A DNA stretch of 64,000 nt, from positions 487,772-551,771 of the forward strand of contig AWSN01000001.1 of NCBI GenBank assembly GCA_000505065.1, given 5' to 3'. The position numbers and the translations under genes were made by a program. This document shows positions 37,800 to 46,705 of this stretch, one piece after another (positions within the stretch are counted from its first letter, which is position 1; each line of letters opens with the position of its first letter). The notes under the pieces are model-generated. The model was not told the DNA's origin. It made no database searches and saw only the letters and a list, made by a program, of their open reading frames with translations. Source of the stretch: Parcubacteria bacterium RAAC4_OD1_1 (GTDB lineage: Bacteria; Patescibacteriota; Minisyncoccia; Phycocordibacterales; UBA9973).

Positions 37800-38504
37800 A
37801 TGAAAAAGTTATTTTTTTCTTTTTTAGGTGTTTTAATCGTGGTAATTCTTACCACCAGTTGTAACCAGAAAAGTCACCGCCTGCAGCCGGACATAAAAAT
37901 TTCACTGAAGGCTGATACGTTGATTTACCAAAAGATTCCAGTAACTGCCCCGCGCTATTCCTGCGAAACAGGAGATAGGTTGTCTCAGGACAAACTTGTA
38001 GCCATAGATAGTGTTCCAGTGATAATATCACTGAGTAAGGACACTGTAATTTCAGGGAAAAATTTGCCGGCGGTAGTTCCACCGGTAAAACCTGTTAAAA
38101 CAAAAAAATCAGGTGCTGGGTTTAATTTTGATTGGTTTTGGCCAATTATTAATTCTATTTTAGCTGCACTTCTGATTCTTCTGGCTTTAGGTTTGCTTGC
38201 TTATTTAGTTTTATGGTTACTGAAACAACTCAGAAACCAAACTGAGGACAATAATCCCAATGGGAGAGCTGGACACGCAACACAAGTTATCCCAGTAGTT
38301 CCTGTTACTCCCGGTGGTGGACAAAATCAACAACAAGTTGCTCAACCAAACCAAACTAATGTTTTTAATCATCAGATTTCAATGGCTGAAGGATTGATTG
38401 GAAATCAAAAAATCCACCGTATCATTCAAAAGTCAGAAGGTAGTGCTGATGGTAGCTGGAGATCTGAGATTACGATTGAAACAAAAAATGAACAGGAAAA
38501 ATAA
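37800..38504 (+). CDS. putative lipoprotein with internal TM helix
   Basis: MKKLFF...LTTS-C-NQK lipobox; TM about aa 113-140; terminator 38513-38550. Confidence 0.65.
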   Translation: MKKLFFSFLGVLIVVILTTSCNQKSHRLQPDIKISLKADTLIYQKIPVTAPRYSCETGDRLSQDKLVAIDSVPVIISLSKDTVISGKNLPAVVPPVKPVKTKKSGAGFNFDWFWPIINSILAALLILLALGLLAYLVLWLLKQLRNQTEDNNPNGRAGHATQVIPVVPVTPGGGQNQQQVAQPNQTNVFNHQISMAEGLIGNQKIHRIIQKSEGSADGSWRSEITIETKNEQEK

Positions 38505-38627
38505 ACCTGTATGAGCCGTTGCGACGAAAGTTGCACGGCTCTTTCTTTTTATTCCTTTATTATTAGAGTTGTGCTAATATTTACATATAAAGTTTCTAAT
38601 TAATAACTATCTAAAAACACAAAAGAT

Positions 38628-41600
38628 ATGGAAAAAATAAATGAACCAAAATCAGCTAAACTAGAAACAGAAGATAAAGATTTAAAAAGATTTAAAGAAA
38701 AATTGTCTAAAATTCGCATAGATGAATCTTTTATTAAAGAAAGAAAAAGCCAATTGCTCACAAAAGGATACGGTGATGAAGAATCAAGAATTATATCTTC
38801 CAAAGAAGCTATGATTAAAGCAGATAACGATAGGATTGAATTATTAAAAGAATATCCTGATTTTAAAGATGGAGAAAAAAGAATAAATGAAATTTTAATA
38901 AAAAGAGACACAAACCAAAAAGAAATAAATGAGCTTTTAAAAAAAGATAAGAAAGAGGAAGAAGAAAACAAAAACATAAAATCAAACAGGCAACTACTTA
39001 GAGAGGCAGAAGATAAATTAAGAAATATGTCTGTTGATATGGGTATTATCAAAAAAGAGAAATCCGATCTTTTGGGAGAGGGGTATCCTTTTGAATTTTC
39101 TGAAAAGCTTTCTAGTCTAAATGGAGAAATAAGACTTCTTCAAAATAAAATTCAAATACTAATAGAAAATCCAAAAATAGAAAATGGAATAAAACTTAGA
39201 AAAAATCTTGAAGAAAAATTAAGTAAACTTGAAAAGGAAAGAAATATTTTATTGACTTCAAAACCAGAACCAATAAAAAACGAAACTACAAAAAATGAAG
39301 TTGTTGAAAAAAATGAGAAACCGGTAGTAGATGAATATGATGAAGCAGAAATAGATAAAGAAATAAAAAACTTTGTTCCAAAAAAAGAAGAACAAACTTC
39401 CAAGAAAATAAATTGGGGTAAACTTAATCCTTTTTCTTGGTTTAAGAAAGATAAAAAAGAAAATGATAATTCTTCGACAGAGGGGGAATTGTTGGATAAA
39501 AAGAGAATGATTTTAAGTCACACAGGGGCGGCTCCAGCTTCTTATGAGGATAAAATTGAGAATGAGGAAAAAAAAGAAGAAAACATAAATGAAATTTTAG
39601 ATAAAAAAATAAATGCGGAAAAAAATAAAGTACTTCTGAGTCACACTGGAGCTGCTCCTGCTTTTTATGAGGATAAAATTGAAGTAGGAGAAAAAAAGGA
39701 AGTTAAAAATGAAAAAAAGAAAACTTTATATACAAAAGAACAGCAAAAAGAATTTTTTGATGGTCTTAAAGAAAAATTAAAAAATGGGGAAATAAGTGAA
39801 ATAGATTTTAAAGATGCAATTTTAAAAAGAACTGAGGAAATCCATAATTTTGAAAAAGGATCTGTCTATAAAGCGATGGACAAGTGGGACAACTGGGGGA
39901 AGAATGGCGGTGTAGGTAAATATGCCAAAATGGCAATAAACATTGCTATGATTGCTGGAGTATCATCTCTTACAGTAAATGGAATGGCTGGATTAACAGA
40001 AAGAGTTGTAAGTAGAACCCTCATAGGAACGGCAGCAGGAACTGGATTAGGTGGCCTTATGACTTGGCTTGATAAATTACCCCCAGAGAAAAAATCCAAA
40101 GTTCAAAAAATTATAAAAGGTATTCTTATAGGAGGATCCGCTATCTTCACAATTGGAACAGGTGGAATAGTACCGGGATTAGCCATAGGAGCATCTACGG
40201 CTTTTGGATATGGAATATCTAGATATTATAAAAATTGGAACGAAAGAGCAATGCGTTCAGAAAATATTGAAAATTTAAAAGAAATACCTATTGATCTAGA
40301 AAATCTAGATAAAAATACTACCTTAATGGAGTTTAAAATGAAAAAAATGTTAAAGTCAGCCGATAGGACAAAAGTACTAGCAAAAATAGCTAGTGCGGGT
40401 ATGGCTATGGCTTTAAGTATTGGTACACTAGAAGTTTCTGGATTAGTTCATGATCATTTAAATGATACATCAAGTACAGAAAATGTTGATGACAATACGA
40501 ACAAAGAAAAGATTGAGGATAGTAAAAATAATGAAGTAGCCCAAGAAGCTGAAGATGAAAAAACTAATGGAGCAGAGAAAAATGATGATACTAAAGTAAA
40601 CAACGAAAAAGAAAATAATAATACCCAAACAGAAGATAATAAAAAAATAGAAGATAATAAAAAATCTTATGTGGGGGAAAAAGAAATTGGAGCTGTCGCA
40701 AATAAAGGTCAAGGTGCTATATCTACAATAAAAGAACTTAAAGAAAGTTTAGAAAAAACTTACGAAAATGTTCCAGAAAAAGATATTCCAGAAAATGTAA
40801 AACATATAATAGACACAGATGCACATGACTTAGCAAAAGAGTACGGTATGTATCGCCCAGGGGAAGAAGCAGAAAGTGCAAAAGTATTTTCTGGTGACAA
40901 AATAATTTTCGATCAAGAAACAGGTGAAGTAAAATTCCATCAAGAAAAAACCGGCGAAGATGTTGTTCTTGAAAAAGGAAAAGAGTTCGGTGGAGACATG
41001 TTTGATTCTGGGAAATTTAAGGCACCAGTGGAAAATTTAGAAACTGAAATAAAAGGAGATGAAACTTCTCAATTTGAAAAAGATTACCCACAAACATCAC
41101 CAGAAAATGAAGAATTTGAAATGGGTACAAAAACTGAAAATTCAAATATTATTATAGATGGAGAAGAGATAAAAGCTCCAGAAATTTCTGAAAAAGAATT
41201 ATTAGAAAATAAAAAGTTGGCGGAATCATACGGAGTAGATTCTGAAAGATACAGAGGTGAAACAGATAGTGAATACTTAAATAGAATGAAAGAAGAAATA
41301 GCTGAAGAAAAAGAATCTCTGAAGCAAGAACTAGCCTCAAGTGAAAAAATGAGTTTAGATAAAACTCTCAAGATGGTCCATGGAGAAAAATTAGAAATAG
41401 AAAAATTAAAAGACTTAAAAGAAATAACGAGAGGTTATGAAGGTGCAACAAATCAGTCATCACTCAAAGACATAATGGAAAAAATTAAAGAGCAAGGACT
41501 TAAAGCAATCATAACCAAAGACATAGGTGAAAATCCGACAGATGCTCAAGTCTCTATAAATGAAAAAATGCGTTTGGTTGAGAAATCACTAAGTGGACAA

Positions 41601-41681
41601 AAAGGATATAATTATGAATTTGCACAGAAGCTACCAGATGGTAATGTAAAAATATTACATATTAAATTATTTAAAGAATAA
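38628..41681 (+). CDS. large K/E-rich protein with glycine-rich hydrophobic segments
   Basis: Coiled coil; duplicated LSHTGAAPAxYEDKIE; GxxxG-rich helices; acidic C-terminus. Confidence 0.75.
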   Translation: MEKINEPKSAKLETEDKDLKRFKEKLSKIRIDESFIKERKSQLLTKGYGDEESRIISSKEAMIKADNDRIELLKEYPDFKDGEKRINEILIKRDTNQKEINELLKKDKKEEEENKNIKSNRQLLREAEDKLRNMSVDMGIIKKEKSDLLGEGYPFEFSEKLSSLNGEIRLLQNKIQILIENPKIENGIKLRKNLEEKLSKLEKERNILLTSKPEPIKNETTKNEVVEKNEKPVVDEYDEAEIDKEIKNFVPKKEEQTSKKINWGKLNPFSWFKKDKKENDNSSTEGELLDKKRMILSHTGAAPASYEDKIENEEKKEENINEILDKKINAEKNKVLLSHTGAAPAFYEDKIEVGEKKEVKNEKKKTLYTKEQQKEFFDGLKEKLKNGEISEIDFKDAILKRTEEIHNFEKGSVYKAMDKWDNWGKNGGVGKYAKMAINIAMIAGVSSLTVNGMAGLTERVVSRTLIGTAAGTGLGGLMTWLDKLPPEKKSKVQKIIKGILIGGSAIFTIGTGGIVPGLAIGASTAFGYGISRYYKNWNERAMRSENIENLKEIPIDLENLDKNTTLMEFKMKKMLKSADRTKVLAKIASAGMAMALSIGTLEVSGLVHDHLNDTSSTENVDDNTNKEKIEDSKNNEVAQEAEDEKTNGAEKNDDTKVNNEKENNNTQTEDNKKIEDNKKSYVGEKEIGAVANKGQGAISTIKELKESLEKTYENVPEKDIPENVKHIIDTDAHDLAKEYGMYRPGEEAESAKVFSGDKIIFDQETGEVKFHQEKTGEDVVLEKGKEFGGDMFDSGKFKAPVENLETEIKGDETSQFEKDYPQTSPENEEFEMGTKTENSNIIIDGEEIKAPEISEKELLENKKLAESYGVDSERYRGETDSEYLNRMKEEIAEEKESLKQELASSEKMSLDKTLKMVHGEKLEIEKLKDLKEITRGYEGATNQSSLKDIMEKIKEQGLKAIITKDIGENPTDAQVSINEKMRLVEKSLSGQKGYNYEFAQKLPDGNVKILHIKLFKE

Positions 41682-41733
41682 AAATTATTAATTAACTATT
41701 TGCTAAAGTGAAAAGCTAAAGCAAAAAAAATAT

Positions 41734-42042
41734 ATGGCAATAATGAAAAAAGATTTAATAGATATGTTTGAGTTAGACAAACTCCCAGGAGATAAAACAG
41801 AAGAAATGGTGGAACGACTTGGTAGGCTCATTTTCCAAGCAACACTTGTAAGATCAATACCACTTTTAAGTGAAGAAAACCAAAAAGAATATGAAAAATT
41901 AATTGATTCTGAAAAAGGTGGGGATGAAATGTTTAAATTCTTGCAAGAAAAAGTTCCGGGATTTGAAAATATACTAAAAGAAGAATCGGAAGCTTTAAGA
42001 CTTCAAATGTCAGAAGGTTTTAGTGAGTCTGGTTTAGAATAA
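41734..42042 (+). CDS. small helical protein (DUF5663-like)
   Basis: LSEENQKEYEKLI...FLQEKVPGFENIL pattern. Confidence 0.65.
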   Translation: MAIMKKDLIDMFELDKLPGDKTEEMVERLGRLIFQATLVRSIPLLSEENQKEYEKLIDSEKGGDEMFKFLQEKVPGFENILKEESEALRLQMSEGFSESGLE

Positions 42043-42050
42043 AAAATATA

Positions 42051-42089
42051 AAACAAAAACTCCCTCTTTAAAAGAGGGAGTTTTTGTTT
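42051..42089. terminator. terminator
   Basis: AAACAAAAACTCCCTCTTT-A-AAAGAGGGAGTTTTTGTTT. Confidence 0.8.
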
Positions 42090-42109
42090 AAAAATGGTAA
42101 AATGATTTA

Positions 42110-44071
42110 ATGGATTATTTAGATTCCCTAAACGAAAAACAAAAAGAGGCGGTCCTTTATACAAATGGGCCTCTTTTAATTGTAGCAGGAGCCGGAGCAG
42201 GTAAAACAAAGACGATAACTCACAGAATCATTCATCTTATACACAAAGGGATAGATCCAGAAACTATTCTTGCTATTACTTTTACAAATAAGGCTGCCAA
42301 AGAAATGAAAGAAAGGGTAATGAATATGCTTGAAAAAAAAGAGCACGGGGATATTGTGGGGGATAATTTGGCACGCCCCGGATTTCGTCGGGGCGTGCCT
42401 TTCATTTCTACTTTTCACTCACTTGGAGTCTATATAATAAAAGAGAATGCTCACCTGATAGGCCTTACAAAACATTTCTCAATTATAGATGAAAGTGATG
42501 CTCTTTCTATTATAAAAAACATAATGAAAGAACGTGATATTGACCCAAAACAGCACGAGCCAAGAAAAATAAAAGGAATTATCTCTAGATCAAAAGGAGA
42601 TTTTATAGATGTAGAAGAATTTTCTAAAAATGTTGGTAACGCTATCCAAAGTATAGTAGCAATAATTTGGCGTGATTATGAGAGAGAACTAAAAAAGCAA
42701 AAAGCTTTAGACTTTGATGATCTCCTTATAGAATCTGTAAAAATTTTAAAAAACAACAAAAACATAAAAGAAAAATATCAAAACAAGTGGCGGTATCTTC
42801 ATATTGATGAATACCAAGACACAAACGAAGTTCAATACGAAATGGTTAAACTTTTAGTTGATAAAGAGAACAATCTTTGTGTAGTGGGGGACACAGATCA
42901 AAACATTTATTCTTGGCGTGGAGCAAATATAAAGAACATGCTTCATTTTGAGAAAGATTTTCCAGATGCAAAAATTGTTATGCTTGAGCAGAATTATCGC
43001 TCAACGAAAAACATAATAGAAGCCGCAAATAATGTTATTAAAAAAAATGAATACCGAGTTCCTAAAAATTTATTTACAGAAAACAAAGAAGGTGAATCTA
43101 TAAGCATCTGCGAAACATATGATGAGCTTACAGAAGCAAATCATATAGCTGAAACAATAGATATATTACTTAGAGAAGAAGAAGCCGAAAATATTGCAGT
43201 ACTTTATCGTGCAAACTTCCAATCAAGAGTTTTAGAAGAAGCAATGCTCGCAAAGCAAATTCCTTACCAGGTTTTAGGGGTAAAATTTTTTGAAAGAAAA
43301 GAAATAAAAGATTTGCTTTCATATATAAAAGCAAGTTTAAATAAAGAAAGTTTGATTGATATAAAAAGGATTATAAATGTCCCAACTCGCGGTATAGGCA
43401 AAACAACAATCACTAAACTTTTCGCAAATCAATTTACAGAAATTCCAAAAGCTACCCAAGAAAAAATAAATAATTTTTACAATCTCTTAGATAATATAAA
43501 TGAATTTATATCTACTCATAAAGTATCAGAATCCATCAAATATATAATAGAAAAAACAGGACTCGAAGAAAAATATAAACACGGATCCACAGATGAACAA
43601 GAAGATCTTGAAAATATGAAAGAGCTTGTATCTCTCGCCCTAAAATATGATGAATTAGAAGATGGAATTGAAAAGCTTCTAGAAGACGCATCACTTTCAA
43701 GCGATCAAGACACCCTAATATATGAGGAGGACAAGAAAGGGAACAAAAAGGGTGTAAGACTTATGACCGTCCATGCTTCAAAAGGACTGGAATTTAAGTA
43801 TGTCTTCATAACTGGCCTCGAACAAGATCTTTTTCCTCATATAAAAGATGGTAAAAAATCTAAAGAAGACAACGAAGAAGAAAGAAGACTTTTTTATGTT
43901 GCTATTACAAGAGCAAAACATAAGCTTTATTTATCTTATGCGACCCTTCGAACTATCTTTGGAATGAAACAAGTAAATTCTCCAAGTGAATTTATATATG
44001 ATATCCCCGAACATTTAACATCTTTTGAACAAAAATATTCCCAATCTGGCAATAGAGTAGTATATCTATAA
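42110..44071 (+). CDS. pcrA: UvrD/PcrA SF1 DNA helicase
   Basis: AGAGAGKT, TFTNKAA, DEYQD, QNYRST, TVHASKGLEF, EERRLFYVAITRA. Confidence 0.96.
   Translation: MDYLDSLNEKQKEAVLYTNGPLLIVAGAGAGKTKTITHRIIHLIHKGIDPETILAITFTNKAAKEMKERVMNMLEKKEHGDIVGDNLARPGFRRGVPFISTFHSLGVYIIKENAHLIGLTKHFSIIDESDALSIIKNIMKERDIDPKQHEPRKIKGIISRSKGDFIDVEEFSKNVGNAIQSIVAIIWRDYERELKKQKALDFDDLLIESVKILKNNKNIKEKYQNKWRYLHIDEYQDTNEVQYEMVKLLVDKENNLCVVGDTDQNIYSWRGANIKNMLHFEKDFPDAKIVMLEQNYRSTKNIIEAANNVIKKNEYRVPKNLFTENKEGESISICETYDELTEANHIAETIDILLREEEAENIAVLYRANFQSRVLEEAMLAKQIPYQVLGVKFFERKEIKDLLSYIKASLNKESLIDIKRIINVPTRGIGKTTITKLFANQFTEIPKATQEKINNFYNLLDNINEFISTHKVSESIKYIIEKTGLEEKYKHGSTDEQEDLENMKELVSLALKYDELEDGIEKLLEDASLSSDQDTLIYEEDKKGNKKGVRLMTVHASKGLEFKYVFITGLEQDLFPHIKDGKKSKEDNEEERRLFYVAITRAKHKLYLSYATLRTIFGMKQVNSPSEFIYDIPEHLTSFEQKYSQSGNRVVYL
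42370..42399. repeat. GC-rich palindrome in-frame inside pcrA
   Basis: GGCACGCCCCG-GATTTCGT-CGGGGCGTGCC, translated ARPGFRRGVP. Confidence 0.8.
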
Positions 44072-44088
44072 ATTTTTTCACAAAACCT

Positions 44089-44111
44089 ACTGTCCAGGCC
44101 TTGCCTGGACA
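44089..44111. repeat. REP-like palindrome family 2, upstream of RAYT2
   Basis: ACTGTCCAGGCCTTGCCTGGACA. Confidence 0.93.
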
Positions 44112-44136
44112 ATATTTAATATATATAATAGATAAT

Positions 44137-44799
44137 ATGTCTATTAGACCTATCAAATTCGCACCAAATGAAAATTACCACATATACAATCGTGGTGTAA
44201 ATAAAATGAATATTTTTATAGATCATAATGATTATGATCGTTTTATGAAATTAATGTATGTATCAAATTCTACTACCAATAAAAAATTTACCGACATAGA
44301 AACAAGTCCAGGCAAGGCCTGGACACTAGAAAAAGATAGTGATTTGGTAGATATTGTTAGTTATTGTCTTATGCCTAATCATTTTCATTTTATTCTTAGA
44401 GAAAAAATTGAAAATGGCATAAGTATATTTATGCACAGACTCTCTACTTCTTACTCTATGTATTTTAATAAAAAATACGATCGTAATGGAGCACTTTTCC
44501 AAGGAAAATTTAAGTCAGAACATATAAATAATGACAATTATTTTAAATATCTATTTTCATATATTCACTTAAATCCAATAAAACTTATACAAAAAGACTG
44601 GAAAGAAATTGGAATAAAAAATATTGATGTAGCACAAAAATATCTTTTAAAATATCCCTATTCTAGTTTTTTGGATATAATAGAAAAAATTAACAGAATA
44701 GAGTCAAAAATAATAAATAAACTAAGTATTCCTAATTATTTTGGTTCTCCTGAAAATTTTAAAAAGGAAATTTTTGATTGGTTGATAGTTAAAATATGA
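44137..44799 (+). CDS. HUH/Y1 tyrosine transposase, REP-associated (RAYT/TnpA-REP)-like, RAYT2
   Basis: NYHIYNRGVNK, SYCLMPNHFHF, YSMYFNKKY..GALFQGKFKS, YIHLNP, YPYSS; start at ATG 44137. Confidence 0.92.
   Translation: MSIRPIKFAPNENYHIYNRGVNKMNIFIDHNDYDRFMKLMYVSNSTTNKKFTDIETSPGKAWTLEKDSDLVDIVSYCLMPNHFHFILREKIENGISIFMHRLSTSYSMYFNKKYDRNGALFQGKFKSEHINNDNYFKYLFSYIHLNPIKLIQKDWKEIGIKNIDVAQKYLLKYPYSSFLDIIEKINRIESKIINKLSIPNYFGSPENFKKEIFDWLIVKI
44306..44324. repeat. REP-like palindrome family 2, in-frame inside RAYT2
   Basis: GTCCAGGCAAGGCCTGGAC, translated SPGKAWT. Confidence 0.93.
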
Positions 44800-45767
44800 A
44801 TATTAATAAAAATAAATTTAATAGTGTTAGGAATACTGTCCAGGCAAGGCCTGGACAGTGGAAATATAAAGCCAAAAAGCATCTGGGGCAAAACTTTTTA
44901 AAATCTAAAGAAGCAATTAAAACTATATGTGATGCTGGAAAAGTAGAAAAAGAAGATATTATCTTGGAAATTGGCCCCGGGAAAGGGGTTCTCACTGAGG
45001 AGTTGCTAAAAAGAGGGGCAAAAATTCTAGCAATTGAAAAAGACAATGATTTAATTAATTTTTTAATAGAAAAATTTGAATCTTTTCTTCCGTCCACACC
45101 GGGTATGGACATAGATACAAAAAGGTTAAATATAATAAATGAAGATATTTTGGATTTTGATATTTCAAAATATGGACTTTTAGATAAAAAATACAAAATA
45201 ATTGCAAATATTCCATATAATATAACAGGGGCAATAATAAAGAAATTCTTAAGTGAGATCAAAAATAAGCCTATTTTAATGGCTATTTTGGTGCAAAAAG
45301 AGGTTGCGGAAAGAATTGTTGCAAAAAACAGAAAAATAAATAAGCAAAAAACAGAAGCTGTCCAGGCCTTGCCTGGACAGTCCAGGCCTTGCCTGGACAG
45401 TGGGGGGAAGGAGAGTATATTGTCATTGAGTGTGAAAGCTTATGGAGATCCTAAATATATAATGAAAGTATCAAAAAAATATTTCTCACCAGCCCCAAAA
45501 GTGGACTCCGCGATAATACTTATAGATAATATTTCCGATAAAAATTTTAAAAACAATGATGAGGAAAAAACCTTTTTTGATCTAGTTCATGCTGGATTTA
45601 GTCATAAAAGAAAATTATTTATAAAAAACATAGAAAATTTAGATTACCAAAAAGAAAAAATTAAAAAAATGTTTGAAATATTAGAAATTGATAAAAAAAT
45701 AAGAGCAGAAGATATACCTTTTTATAAATGGATAGAAATGAAAGATTTTTTAACTACAAAAAACTAG
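44796..45767 (+). CDS. rsmA: 16S rRNA adenine dimethyltransferase with several palindrome insertions
   Basis: LGQNFL, LEIGPGKG, ANIPYNIT, QKEVAER, FSPAPKVDS. Confidence 0.95.
   Translation: MNINKNKFNSVRNTVQARPGQWKYKAKKHLGQNFLKSKEAIKTICDAGKVEKEDIILEIGPGKGVLTEELLKRGAKILAIEKDNDLINFLIEKFESFLPSTPGMDIDTKRLNIINEDILDFDISKYGLLDKKYKIIANIPYNITGAIIKKFLSEIKNKPILMAILVQKEVAERIVAKNRKINKQKTEAVQALPGQSRPCLDSGGKESILSLSVKAYGDPKYIMKVSKKYFSPAPKVDSAIILIDNISDKNFKNNDEEKTFFDLVHAGFSHKRKLFIKNIENLDYQKEKIKKMFEILEIDKKIRAEDIPFYKWIEMKDFLTTKN
44835..44859. repeat. REP-like palindrome family 2, downstream of RAYT2 / rsmA N-terminus
   Basis: ACTGTCCAGGCAAGGCCTGGACAGT, translated TVQARPGQW. Confidence 0.93.
45358..45406. repeat. 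REP-like palindrome family 2, tandem doublet inside rsmA
   Basis: CTG-(TCCAGGCCTTGCCTGGACAG)x2-TGGGGG, translated VQALPGQSRPCLDSGG. Confidence 0.95.
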
Positions 45768-45803
45768 AATTTCTTATAAAAAAGTTATATAATAAAACCA
45801 TAA

Positions 45804-46682
45804 ATGAATAAAAATTTTCTTCCAAGTAAACAATTTGTCTCAAGAGTAATTAGTCTTGTTATTATTGCTATTGTTATCTTTGGTGGATATAAACTTTTTG
45901 GAATCATAAGTAATAAAATAAAAGACAGAAGTAATAAAGAAGTGGCTGTCACTATAAAAAAATCTGTCCAAAAAGATAGTAATGATAATGATATCCCCGA
46001 TTGGGAAGAATCTCTTTGGGGTCTTAACCCAAGGAAAAATGGTGAAGAAAACAAAGAATTTATTTTGGCAAAAAGAAAATTAATGATTCAAAATATTTCA
46101 AAAGAATCAAATGAAAGCATCTCTGAAAATGATGAGCTCACAAAAGCTTTTTTTTCTGTAATTATGTCACTTCAACAAACGGGTGATTTAGATGAAACAG
46201 CAGTAAATGCAATATCAGATACATATAGTGAAAAAATAGAAGCAACTCCAATAGAAGACTCATATATTTTAAAAGATTTAAATATTGTTCCCGATACAGA
46301 AGAAAATACAACAAAATACTATACTGATATGCAAAATACTATAAATAAATATAAAGAAAGTGGCATAGGTGAAGAATTGGGATTGATAGTTCAAGCAATC
46401 GCTTATAACGATCCGCAAGTCCTATACGCGGTTCAAACAATAGCATTATCATATAGAGATTTTGGCCAAGATCTAAGAAAAATTCAAGTGCCAAGCTTTT
46501 TATCTGAAATACACTTATCTTTAATAAATAATTGTGAGAAAAATGCTGTATCACTACACGATATGACTATGCTTTTTGATGATCCAATGATTGCAATGAA
46601 GGGAATTATAAATTATAAAAAATACAACGAGATACTTTCAATTAATTTAGGATCTCTATCCTATATCTTTGGGACAGAATAA
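45804..46682 (+). CDS. membrane-anchored protein with a bacterial TSP3-like Ca-binding motif
   Basis: N-terminal TM; DSNDNDIPDWEESLWGLNP. Confidence 0.7.
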   Translation: MNKNFLPSKQFVSRVISLVIIAIVIFGGYKLFGIISNKIKDRSNKEVAVTIKKSVQKDSNDNDIPDWEESLWGLNPRKNGEENKEFILAKRKLMIQNISKESNESISENDELTKAFFSVIMSLQQTGDLDETAVNAISDTYSEKIEATPIEDSYILKDLNIVPDTEENTTKYYTDMQNTINKYKESGIGEELGLIVQAIAYNDPQVLYAVQTIALSYRDFGQDLRKIQVPSFLSEIHLSLINNCEKNAVSLHDMTMLFDDPMIAMKGIINYKKYNEILSINLGSLSYIFGTE

Positions 46683-46705
46683 ATGATATAATAAAATGAT
46701 TTATT

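Noticed and set aside
44101-44136. TTG start of RAYT2 given in the ORF track
   Set aside because: The TTG lies inside the palindrome; ATG 44137 aligns with the RAYT1 start.
11766-44799. The two Y1 transposases as classical IS200/IS605 elements
   Set aside because: They are about 220 aa with a YHIYNRG motif, have no tnpB, are not identical copies, and the family-2 palindromes are dispersed like REPs.
23655-45406. Palindromic repeats as a CRISPR array
   Set aside because: They are dispersed, have no regular spacers, and no cas genes are present.
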